Positions 1 through 8,306 are shown, counted from the first letter of the stretch. The stretch: 64,000 nt of DNA from Candidatus Nealsonbacteria bacterium (GCA_011050465.1 DRFQ01000009.1:192334-256333), one strand, 5' to 3'. Notes: generated by a model from the letters alone, not told the origin. Numbers and translations: made by a program.

Positions 1-193
1 AAAGGTCGATCAAAAAGTTGTACTGTCTACCTGGATCCTTGGCAAGAATGGCGTCGCCCCTCGCATCAACAAGCTCTGCGATGCGCTCTCGATCCTTTGG
101 ATCATCCAATAAAACTAAAAATTCGAGGTTTATAATTCCATCCTTACCAATATAGAATCGGTACGCCTTCTTCAATTCTTCATCAGACTTCAT
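1..193 (-). CDS. hypothetical protein, N-terminal part only (continues past left edge)
   Basis: Not in the ORF track. A minus-strand ATG at 191-193 opens MKSDEELKKAYRFYIGKDGIINLEFLVLLDDPKDRERIAELVDARGDAILAKDPGRQYNFLIDL with no stop before position 1. Confidence 0.4.
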   Translation of the reverse strand, partial: MKSDEELKKAYRFYIGKDGIINLEFLVLLDDPKDRERIAELVDARGDAILAKDPGRQYNFLIDL

Positions 194-247
194 AGTTCAT
201 AGAATCAATTTATTTTTTTTATTTATAACGCTTTCTTATAAAATGAA

Positions 248-730
248 TCAATCTCTTAATTCCTCCATTTTCTTTCTTATAAGATAAGGGTCCTCTATAT
301 GGGAAAAAATTATTTCAGTACCTGAAATACCTGCGGTATCTATTTTAAGATAACCCGTATTGGTTATGAATTTATCCCAGAAGGATTGCACTACCACCAC
401 ATGGGTAATCTTTTTATATCCCACTACTGTAAGGCGAGTGCCGAGCCAACCCCTTCTGCATAATATACGTTTATTGGTAAAAGCAAAATTATTAGCTTTT
501 TTTAAATACCAGTAGTCAAACCATCCGAGAGCTGTTAAGAAAATCCCCACTAGAACTAAAACAGTAAAGAGCAAAGAGAACAGCATACCCAAAAGGCCTG
601 CAAAGATAACTAGAATCCCAGGTATGACGATTTTTAGACTTTGTAATAGACGGTATTTTTTTCCCACCGAAAACCCCCATTTAATCTCCTCTCCTTCCTC
701 TAATATGTTAGCCCAAATATTCTTAGCCAT
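248..730 (-). CDS. membrane protein with bacterial PH (bPH_2 / YdbS-YdbT-like) domain
   Basis: 160-aa ORF with two TM helices followed by FTNKRILCRRGWLGTRLTVVGYKKITHVVVVQSFWDKFITNTGYLKIDTAG. This is the typical bPH_2 pattern; the family call is from memory. Confidence 0.6.
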   Translation of the reverse strand: MAKNIWANILEEGEEIKWGFSVGKKYRLLQSLKIVIPGILVIFAGLLGMLFSLLFTVLVLVGIFLTALGWFDYWYLKKANNFAFTNKRILCRRGWLGTRLTVVGYKKITHVVVVQSFWDKFITNTGYLKIDTAGISGTEIIFSHIEDPYLIRKKMEELRD

Positions 731-810
731 AATATTTTGTTTTTAGGATTTTACATTTTTAATTTTAACAGAAAATTGCCTTCCTGCCCACCTAAATTCG
801 CCGTCAAATT

Positions 811-1338
811 TTAAGAATCGAGCCACTTCTGGAAAAAATTGAAAATATTTTGAAAAAAATTAAAACGGGGTCTTTCCCCGGGAGCAGCTTTTTCTTTTAT
901 CTTTACCTTGATGGTGATTGATTCTTTGCTTAATTCTTTTCCTTCTATCTCCCCGGAAGCTTTAACTGAAATAAGATAATAACCGAGTTCCTCTCCTTTC
1001 ACTGACCAGGAACCCCTTTTTTCTTTCTTGCCGGAAATTATTCCTATTTTTTGGATCGGAGATTTTTTAAGTAAAGTTAATCCTGAAGGAAGAAAAATTT
1101 CTCCTCTGGCATTTTCAATTTTCTCTTCTCCTTTATTAATTAATTTTGCCTCCACTTTAAAAACTTTGTTTATTTCTGCTTCTTCGGGGGCAGAAATATC
1201 AACCTCTAAAGGATTAATGGTCACCCAAGCTCTAATCATGTCCCAGAAAGAGGCTTGGGCAGAGCCAGAGAAAAAAACAGCAGTTAAAATAAAAACTGCT
1301 AAAAGAAAAATGGTAGTTTTTTTAAAATAATTCAGCAT
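811..1338 (-). CDS. secreted beta-sandwich (CARDB/NEW3-like) protein
   Basis: Signal peptide MLNYFKKTTIFLLAVFILTAVFFSGSAQA and a beta-rich body. Its ATG overlaps the upstream stop (TAATG at 1336-1340), which suggests translational coupling. Confidence 0.5.
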   Translation of the reverse strand: MLNYFKKTTIFLLAVFILTAVFFSGSAQASFWDMIRAWVTINPLEVDISAPEEAEINKVFKVEAKLINKGEEKIENARGEIFLPSGLTLLKKSPIQKIGIISGKKEKRGSWSVKGEELGYYLISVKASGEIEGKELSKESITIKVKIKEKAAPGERPRFNFFQNIFNFFQKWLDS

Positions 1339-1940
1339 TATTTTCTTCTAATTCCGATTTGGAAGGCGAAAAACTTTCTAAATATGGTAATGATTATTGC
1401 CCCGGCTATTATTGATAAAACGACATAAGTCCAGGGAGCATACATTGTAAAAAATGAAGATACTCTCCAAATCACTGCCTGTAAGAGATTGGCCGGAACG
1501 ACTGAGAAATAAGTCTTGGTGGCGGCAGCCACTCCAATGGTGGTTCCCGGCCCGGCTTTAATAATTGGGTGGGCCTCCAAATAGGCGAAATAATCTCCCG
1601 GTTTTGTTTTTACCGGCAGGGTTAATTTAATTGCCACGCTTTGAGATTGGCCTGGCTCTAAATTAAATTGCTGGGGCTCAAAACTGAACCATTCTTGGGC
1701 TGGCCTAAGTTGAGGCTGGTCTTGATGATAAGTTACTTCAACTTCATAATCCCCCGCCTCATCTCCGGTATTAATTACTCCGATAATGGGAAAATTATAA
1801 ATTCCACCTGGTTTCAAGGGTTCATCAATTTCTATTTTTCCGAGATTCACTCCAACGCCAATGCGGGCCACAACTGGCAGAGCTATCAAAAAACCAACTG
1901 TTAAAAAGATTAAACTTAGTAAAATTTTATTTGTTTTCAT
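1338..1940 (-). CDS. cell-surface Ig-like protein with C-terminal membrane anchor
   Basis: N-terminal signal peptide, an Ig-like segment (WFSFEPQQFNLEPGQSQSVAIKLTLPVKTKPGDY), and a C-terminal TM helix with a basic tail (IIITIFRKFFAFQIGIRRK). Confidence 0.55.
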   Translation of the reverse strand: MKTNKILLSLIFLTVGFLIALPVVARIGVGVNLGKIEIDEPLKPGGIYNFPIIGVINTGDEAGDYEVEVTYHQDQPQLRPAQEWFSFEPQQFNLEPGQSQSVAIKLTLPVKTKPGDYFAYLEAHPIIKAGPGTTIGVAAATKTYFSVVPANLLQAVIWRVSSFFTMYAPWTYVVLSIIAGAIIITIFRKFFAFQIGIRRK

Positions 1941-1955
1941 ATATTTAATTATACA

Positions 1956-4214
1956 TTATGGAGCCGTCGTGGCTACTATTGTAACTATTGAACTATATTG
2001 AGCGGAAGAATCGGTGGCAGTAGGCATGGTTATTCTTAAATATAGATTTTGAGTGTTCCCCTGAGCCACATTATTTGCCAAATCATAAAGAATGTCTGGA
2101 GTTGAAAAAGTATTCCAAGTACTGGCATCCGGGGAAAATTCCCATTTAACTTGATTTGCTCCATTAGTTGAGTCTAAAGACCAGGAATTTCCATTGTCAG
2201 AAAAAACCGTACTTTTGACATCTAAATTAACAGGTCCTGTATTCACACTTACAGTTTGAACATCGCCGGAACTATCTACCATTACTCCAAGAGCAACAAC
2301 ACCAAACTCAACTAATCCATCGGTGGTCAAAGTAATGGAAACAGCCGGTGCATACGTTAAAGCAGCATAGGCATCAACTAATCCCCAACCATAATATTGA
2401 TCCCAGCCAGAACCTCCTTTATCTTCGGCGGTTGTTTGAAGAATATTTCTTATATCATCTGGAGTACGAGTAGAATCTTGGGCTAAAAGCAAAGCGACTA
2501 CCCCAGAAACGTGAGGAGTACTCATTGATGTCCCCTGGAAAAACCAATAAGCCCAATCAACTGGTGTGTCGCCAAAAGTGTTTTGCAGAATCCCATCAAC
2601 ATAACCGTCTCCATTTTGATCAACTCCAGTATTACCCCCAGGGGCCACAATGTCTAAACTAGACCCATAACTTGAATAAGGCGCTCTGGTCTCATTATAC
2701 TGTGTCGCCCCCACAGCAATCACATAATCATTATAGGCAGCCGGGTAATCGCAGCTACTAACATTACTATTACCACAAGCAGCAATTACCGTTACTCCAT
2801 TAGTATAAGCATAGGCAACAGCATTTTCTAAAACAGAGGAACTGGGACCACCCAAGCTCATATTAATTACTTTTGCTCCATTATCAACAGCATAATAAAT
2901 ACCATCTGCTACCTGTGGCCAAGTCCCAGAGCCAGCAGCATCTAAAACTTTAATTGGCATAATTGTAGTATTAAAAGCTACTCCAGCTACTCCCAAACTA
3001 TTATTGGTAGTCTGAGCTATAGTTCCTGCCACATGAGTTCCGTGAGAGTTATCGTCATTGGCATGGGTATCGCCATTAATATAATCGTAACCAGCTACAA
3101 AATTAGTGCCGGCTAAATCTGGTGCCTGCTTATATTGAGTTGCTTCCCAGGTTCCTGGCCCTAACTCAACATCATCGTAAAAGAGATTGCCCGAACCGTC
3201 TTCTAATGTAATTTCATCAACAAAAAATGCTCCATCTGAATTAAAAAACCCGTCTTCGTCGCTATAGGTTTCATCAGTATAAACTCTAAATCGTATTAAA
3301 ACATTTTGGCCAGCGTAACTGGTTAAATTTAAAGATTCGGCTTTCCAGCCAACCTGACCCTGCACCTTACTGTCTTTGGTATAGGTTTTTAAAATGATCC
3401 AGTTATCGCCTCCATCGGTTAAAATTTCAGTAAAGGCCTTATCATAGGCGGTTCCGGCTGTCACCTCCAGGTCGTGCCGGTATTGGTAAGAAAAAGTAAT
3501 AGTTCCGCTCGCTCCTGTTAAATCAAAGGAATGCTGTAAATAATCCTTCCAGCTATTGCCATAACCGGGTGGCGTTGACCAATTGGGGTTATTCAAGCCA
3601 CACCACCAGGAATTGCCAGAACCGCCGTAGGCCTGATAAGTATCAATATGGCAGTGGCCAGGAGCTGGGTAATCTTCATAAGCTACTCCAGTATCAACTA
3701 CTGCCACTATTACGCTTGAGCTTCCAGTGGTTATATCCCAGGCCTGTTCCATCTGGATACCGCCATAAGTTGCGTTATCAAAATGCCATTGTAGGGAATA
3801 GTAGGGGTCATTGGGAACCATGGTGGCATAGGCATAATAATTTGGTTCAGCGTATTCAATGTTTGGGTTTTTTTTATAAATTTCAACCATTTCTTCCACA
3901 GTTTTTAATGGAGGAATCTTCAAGACTTTAAAATGAGTATAAGGACTCTCGTATTTTTCCTCGACTCCTTTCTGGCGATTAAAATTCTCTACATCTTCTT
4001 TTTTTACTCCTGGCTTAAATTTGACAACAATTTCATCAGGAACATAAAGAGGCCTAGCTATCTTTTCTGAGGGTTCTTCTTTAACAAAAATTGGTAGCTC
4101 TTCCTGGGCTGCACCTTGACCAAAACCAACCCCCATTAGAAATTCCATTTCTAACGGGGCAAGCATTCCACCAATAATTAAAATCAATACGAAAATTTTA
4201 AATGTTTTTGACAT
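1956..4214 (-). CDS. secreted subtilisin-like serine protease (peptidase S8) with propeptide, large insert and C-terminal surface domain
   Basis: Catalytic triad motifs VAVVDTGV (D174), HGTHVAGTI (H391) and GTSMSTPHVSG (S563). It also has an N-terminal signal anchor and an I9-like propeptide (VVKFKPGV...YAEPNY). Confidence 0.9.
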   Translation of the reverse strand: MSKTFKIFVLILIIGGMLAPLEMEFLMGVGFGQGAAQEELPIFVKEEPSEKIARPLYVPDEIVVKFKPGVKKEDVENFNRQKGVEEKYESPYTHFKVLKIPPLKTVEEMVEIYKKNPNIEYAEPNYYAYATMVPNDPYYSLQWHFDNATYGGIQMEQAWDITTGSSSVIVAVVDTGVAYEDYPAPGHCHIDTYQAYGGSGNSWWCGLNNPNWSTPPGYGNSWKDYLQHSFDLTGASGTITFSYQYRHDLEVTAGTAYDKAFTEILTDGGDNWIILKTYTKDSKVQGQVGWKAESLNLTSYAGQNVLIRFRVYTDETYSDEDGFFNSDGAFFVDEITLEDGSGNLFYDDVELGPGTWEATQYKQAPDLAGTNFVAGYDYINGDTHANDDNSHGTHVAGTIAQTTNNSLGVAGVAFNTTIMPIKVLDAAGSGTWPQVADGIYYAVDNGAKVINMSLGGPSSSVLENAVAYAYTNGVTVIAACGNSNVSSCDYPAAYNDYVIAVGATQYNETRAPYSSYGSSLDIVAPGGNTGVDQNGDGYVDGILQNTFGDTPVDWAYWFFQGTSMSTPHVSGVVALLLAQDSTRTPDDIRNILQTTAEDKGGSGWDQYYGWGLVDAYAALTYAPAVSITLTTDGLVEFGVVALGVMVDSSGDVQTVSVNTGPVNLDVKSTVFSDNGNSWSLDSTNGANQVKWEFSPDASTWNTFSTPDILYDLANNVAQGNTQNLYLRITMPTATDSSAQYSSIVTIVATTAP

Positions 4215-4446
4215 TATTTACTTTCTTTTAGTATAAACCCTTGTTAGAAGTCTGTCTTTCCCCCTAAATAATAATTTATTAAAACTGGTCATAGTTGAAA
4301 GATATCCCCGTTAATCTCAAGCAGAAAAAAATTCTAGAATTTTTTTCTGCCCAAGACTTCTAACTGGGTAAACCTCAAGCACTGTAACCGCTAGGGACTT
4401 GACTTGCCTCCAGCGGTTACAGCTTAATTAAGAATGCTTAGGGTGA

Positions 4447-4950
4447 TTAAATTGTTGCCTGAACGGTAACAGTAATCGTTTTTTCCACATTGTCAGTGGA
4501 AGCAGTCGGAGTACCAATCTTCAAGTCAAACGTCTGATTGCCGCTTGCGGCAACATTGTTTACAAGAGTTGAATAGGTAACGTTATCAACATTAAAGGCG
4601 GCCCACGAAACACCAGCATCGATGGAAAATTCATGAATAAATGCATCGCTGCCGGCTGAAACTGCAAGTTCCCAAGTTGTACCACCTACTGCATCAGAGC
4701 TTCTAATACTTAAGTCTGCCGCAACATTACCGTCGTTTGTCGCAGTCTGCGTATCAACTAATGTCACAGTATCTTCGGTGGTATTCAGAGCCAAGATTCC
4801 ATACTCAACAATTCCATCGGATACTGAAACGGAGACGAGCTGCGCAGTAACTGTGGCACTTACATCGTCTGTGGTAGCTCCTTGAACCGCCACTCCCACG
4901 ACCATACCAACTAATCCTAAAATCATAATTGAAGCGATTAAAGATTTCAT
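4447..4950 (-). CDS. small secreted surface-subunit-like protein (homologous to the C-terminal domain of the S8 protease)
   Basis: Signal peptide MKSLIASIMILGLVGMVVGVAVQG. The body aligns with residues ~623-752 of the protease (VEYGILAL/VEFGVVAL, TTWELAVSAG/NSWSLDSTNG, NNVAASGNQ/NNVAQGNTQ, ITVTVQAT/IVTIVAT). Confidence 0.6.
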   Translation of the reverse strand: MKSLIASIMILGLVGMVVGVAVQGATTDDVSATVTAQLVSVSVSDGIVEYGILALNTTEDTVTLVDTQTATNDGNVAADLSIRSSDAVGGTTWELAVSAGSDAFIHEFSIDAGVSWAAFNVDNVTYSTLVNNVAASGNQTFDLKIGTPTASTDNVEKTITVTVQATI

Positions 4951-5118
4951 TTTTTTGCTTTTTACTTATTAATTATTTATTAAGTTCGACCTTTACCCTA
5001 TTAAATGCCGCTTTGCGGCAATTTCGCTTTTGGCGAAATTATTTAACAGGGTTAAGCCTCGTATCTGAGGCAAATCAAAAAGAGGGCAAACCCTCCTTGA
5101 TTTTTTAAATAATAATTT

Positions 5119-5178
5119 ACCCCGTTAGAGATTTGTTCTCTTTGCATTTCTTCTTGCTCCCGGAATCTCTAACGGGGT
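5119..5178. repeat. palindromic element, ccccgttagag family (intergenic copy)
   Basis: Perfect 15-bp inverted repeat accccgttagagatt / aatctctaacggggt. The left arm plus the inner tgttctctttg is shared with the copy inside rsmH at 46376-46442. Confidence 0.7.
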
Positions 5179-5189
5179 CTGTTTTTAAG

Positions 5190-5480
5190 CTACTGGCTTA
5201 GCCAAGGTTTGTTAGGATGATTTCTCAAAATGTATTCGTATTTATCAATGCTTTCACCGGTTTTTTCATCAAAAAGCGGGGTCCCTCCAATATAAACTGT
5301 GTCTTTAGAATCCCCGTATTGATTTAAATCATTTTCAAGAATCCAGGCCTCAATTTGCTGATTTTCTTCAAAAGAAATTTCACTTTCTTTGGCCTCATCT
5401 CCCGGTCTCAAAATAACAAACCCTGCTATTAAAATCAAGACTACAAGCCCGAAAACAAGCGCTATTTTGTTCATCATCAT
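5190..5480 (-). CDS. small membrane-anchored hypothetical protein
   Basis: 96-aa ORF with one N-terminal TM helix (IALVFGLVVLILIAGFVIL). No recognisable family. Confidence 0.5.
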   Translation of the reverse strand: MMMNKIALVFGLVVLILIAGFVILRPGDEAKESEISFEENQQIEAWILENDLNQYGDSKDTVYIGGTPLFDEKTGESIDKYEYILRNHPNKPWLSQ

Positions 5481-5641
5481 ATGCCATATTATATATTTTT
5501 TTTTAAAGTTTTGTCAATCTTTTAGGTATCAAAAAACCGTCAAAAAGGCGATTTTTTATTAGATCCCTGGGCCCGAGGGTGAAGGAGGATTTTTCGAGGG
5601 TTTTGGGGTTAAAACATTAGCTTAGGACGATTTTAGTGCTC

Positions 5642-5670
5642 TTGACTTTTTCTAATTAAGTCTATATAAT
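5642..5670 (+). promoter_or_regulatory. sigma70-type promoter (TTGACT-17 nt-TATAAT)
   Basis: TTGACT at 5642-5647, a 17-nt spacer, and TATAAT at 5665-5670, about 70 nt upstream of the only plus-strand gene in this region. Confidence 0.45.
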
Positions 5671-5741
5671 AAATAACATTGCTCTTTAAAATCCCGGCTT
5701 AAAAGAATAAACGAGGGAGAAGGCCTGAAAGGAGAGAACTC

Positions 5742-6518
5742 TTGGAAAGGAAAAAGATTAATAATATAGCGAGCGTGGCAATAATCATTAGAGCCTCAAA
5801 CCCAAGTCAGATTTTTATTGAATTAAAAGATGACGGTTACCCCATGAAGACGTTTCGCCGATGCCTCTGCCCTATTGGAGGCAATTGGATCGGTGAAGCG
5901 GCTAAATGCGACCAAAACCCGCTAGACACAGTCCGTCGCGAAATAATGGAAGAAATTTGCCTTGAAAAAAGAACGGCTTCTACGATCGAACTTGACCTGC
6001 TCGGCATCAAGCCGGGTAGAAGTTTTTACCAAGTTCCCACAATTGACCAAATTCCGACAAGCGATGATATCAAAATACTCGATGAGCTAAAACAAGTTAT
6101 TGCCGAGGGACTGGTGCCGTTCGGCGACTACATTAACACTATACCGAAATCGGTGCTGGATCGAAGTGACCCGGAAAACGAACGCGACGGTTTTAGTGCC
6201 CTTGTATCCTACTGGGCCGTTGCCCTTGACGAACAACGTTGGAAAGAAATCACTGCTCTTCAGGAAAAATTTGGGAACCTTTCCAATGAATCAATTACAC
6301 TCGTCACTTCGGTTGATGAAATCATCGAAGTGGGAGTGAAAACTGCCTTCGGGCACGATAGGCCGCTAAAGGAATTCTTTCTCTGTTACGGCCTTCATTC
6401 AGCCCAACAATTCCCGTTGATAAACGGGATTTCAAGCCAGGAAATCGGAAAACCATTGGCTTCTTATCAAGAATATCTTGAAAGATATGAAATTCTGAAA
6501 AAGCCGAAGTTCTTGTAG
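5742..6518 (+). CDS. hypothetical protein with divergent Nudix-like box
   Basis: TTG start preceded by aaaggagag. GGNWIGE...REIMEEICL resembles a Nudix box (Gx5E...REUxEExGU) but has about 6 extra residues and C in place of G. By eye the gene is GC-richer than its neighbours. Confidence 0.4.
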   Translation: MERKKINNIASVAIIIRASNPSQIFIELKDDGYPMKTFRRCLCPIGGNWIGEAAKCDQNPLDTVRREIMEEICLEKRTASTIELDLLGIKPGRSFYQVPTIDQIPTSDDIKILDELKQVIAEGLVPFGDYINTIPKSVLDRSDPENERDGFSALVSYWAVALDEQRWKEITALQEKFGNLSNESITLVTSVDEIIEVGVKTAFGHDRPLKEFFLCYGLHSAQQFPLINGISSQEIGKPLASYQEYLERYEILKKPKFL

Positions 6519-6673
6519 AAATCATGGTTTTTATTAATAAAAGTCACTGTTCGGGAATTAAACATTCCACTCAGCGGCTTTTTTGTTTTATCTAAGAAAT
6601 CACTAATTTACCCACCTAAATTATAATATGAGATTCGGGTATAGTAAATTTGAGTTCAAGTTTCTTAAATACA

Positions 6674-6696
6674 AAAAGCCCCTTTAGGGGCTTTTT
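6674..6696. terminator. bidirectional intrinsic terminator
   Basis: aaaagcccc-ttta-ggggctttt hairpin with A/T runs on both sides, between convergent genes 5742-6518(+) and 6718-6978(-). Confidence 0.6.
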
Positions 6697-6717
6697 GTTC
6701 ATCGGTTTAGGAGTTTT

Positions 6718-6978
6718 TTAAAACCTTTCTTTCATTGGCTTTGCTTCGTTCACTACAATGGTTCTTCCATCTAATTCTTTTCCATCAAGCGTTTCTATCG
6801 CCTTTTTCGCGTCATCCTCTGAAGACATTTCCACAAAACCAAATCCTTTTGATCTACCGGAAATTTTATCCATAATAACATTCGCTGACTCTACTTTACC
6901 TGCTTTTGCAAAGTGATCACGAAGACCATCTTCAGTAGTATCGAAGGAAAGACTTCCTACATAAAGTTTTTTATTCAT
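6718..6978 (-). CDS. RNA-binding protein with RRM domain
   Basis: RNP-2 (KLYVGSL) and RNP-1 (KGFGFVEM) motifs. The 86-aa size is typical of bacterial single-RRM proteins. Confidence 0.9.
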   Translation of the reverse strand: MNKKLYVGSLSFDTTEDGLRDHFAKAGKVESANVIMDKISGRSKGFGFVEMSSEDDAKKAIETLDGKELDGRTIVVNEAKPMKERF

Positions 6979-7215
6979 TTTTTAGCAAATTTATTAATTA
7001 AATTTTAACGCTTCGGCTTTGCTCAGTATTAACCCTGAGCTTTGTCGAAGAGTTAACGACCTTGTTCTCAACGTAGAGATTACGGCACTTCTTTTGATTC
7101 TATACTTGTGCTTGAGAAAAAAAGAACTGCTATTCTCCAATATACAGGAAATATTTTCCTCTGTCAAACTGTTTAGTGATTGGAATTACAAAAGAATAGA
7201 TTAGTCAATAATCAC

Positions 7216-7833
7216 CTATCCTTCAGGGCTTATTTCTTTATATTTTAATTCAGACTTTTGCCACCTCCAGAACATATCCGAATGCTCTTGATATCCCATG
7301 CGCGCAAAAGTTGATATATCTCTATGTCCGTCTGTTTTAGAATCTTCTACCTCGTAATCCATGCCCCATATATCTCCGCCTATGCTAATCCACGAATCAT
7401 TTATCTTTTGATATATAAAAAAGGGGCCATTTCCCGAAGCACCACGGATAGACTCACCACAAATCCATCCAGGCGTGAAAATAAATTCCTCTATACCGTC
7501 GCTATTTAAATCTATACGCTCGGAATCGAAACCGTAGTCTTGGTTAGTAAGTCCTTCTTTCCCTTTTTGTTTACAATCCTCAGAACCAAACCTCTCAATG
7601 ACCTCACCAAACATAGTGGAAATAAGTCCATTTGGAGTTTCTTCTTTCGTCGAAGATACTTCAGTTTCTTCCGGCCCCACTCCTTCTGGTGGTTTTACTT
7701 CTGGTGTCTCAACTTCCTCTCTTGGAACAAGCCAAGACTGATAAGCCAGAATCCCTCCGCCAATAATAACAGCCAGAATAACAATAGTTAAAACGTATTT
7801 TAAGTTAATTTTGCCTTGAGCAATGAATGGCAT
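7216..7833 (-). CDS. membrane-anchored hypothetical protein (MPFIxxGKxNLKY anchor family)
   Basis: The N-terminus MPFIAQGKINLKYVLTIVILAVIIGGGILAYQSW is paralogous to that of 47821-48543. It is followed by a P/E-rich linker and a unique C-terminal domain. Confidence 0.6.
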   Translation of the reverse strand: MPFIAQGKINLKYVLTIVILAVIIGGGILAYQSWLVPREEVETPEVKPPEGVGPEETEVSSTKEETPNGLISTMFGEVIERFGSEDCKQKGKEGLTNQDYGFDSERIDLNSDGIEEFIFTPGWICGESIRGASGNGPFFIYQKINDSWISIGGDIWGMDYEVEDSKTDGHRDISTFARMGYQEHSDMFWRWQKSELKYKEISPEG

Positions 7834-7835
7834 AA

Positions 7836-8066
7836 TTATTTGCTGGGTTCATTAAGATTTAATAATTTTTTAGCCTTTTCTAAAGATTCTTTAGGAACAC
7901 GCACTTGATAAAGAAGGTTGCCGTGAACGGCCTGACCTGCAAGAACATCCGCCATAGGAGATGGATGTAATTCAGAAGGTATCTCCTGTTTTTTTAATAA
8001 TTCTTGAATCATTCTCGCTTCTGCTTCGCTGATTGTTATTAAAAGAATATAATCTTTTGACTTCAT
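7836..8066 (-). CDS. small DUF2007-like protein
   Basis: 76 aa. ILLITISEAEARMIQELLKKQEIPSEL resembles the DUF2007 beta-alpha-beta pattern (from memory). Its stop is 2 nt from the downstream start. Confidence 0.45.
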   Translation of the reverse strand: MKSKDYILLITISEAEARMIQELLKKQEIPSELHPSPMADVLAGQAVHGNLLYQVRVPKESLEKAKKLLNLNEPSK

Positions 8067-8306
8067 CTTTTCTCATCATACCTTCTTCCCCCACAAGCAA
8101 CAATACGGGTCAATCCTTCGATAAACTCAGGACACTTCGCCTTCGTTCCACGAAGTCAAAGTGCTGGGGGTCGTGGACGACCTACCTCGCCGGCAAGGCG
8201 GGCCTTCGAACATTTGAGTGGGCTAATTTTATTCGAGAACCTGAGTTAATTCTGAATCAATCAAGGGAGTTGTTGTAAATCCTATGATGTTTTCAATAAA
8301 ACAAAA

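Noticed and set aside
3569-3931. Plus-strand ORFs lying antisense within long minus-strand genes. Examples are 1028-1330, 1668-1904, 3569-3931, 19667-19981, 21482-21757, 27878-28249, 35554-35859, 38287-38592, 45814-46101 and 59504-59932.
   Set aside because: They are shadow ORFs. They have no SD and low-complexity or odd composition, and each is fully overlapped by a gene with clear family motifs.
8033-8278. 81-aa ORF (…GQSFDKLRTLRLRS…), and likewise 53003-53203.
   Set aside because: They are translations of the GC-rich intergenic repeat family, not genes.
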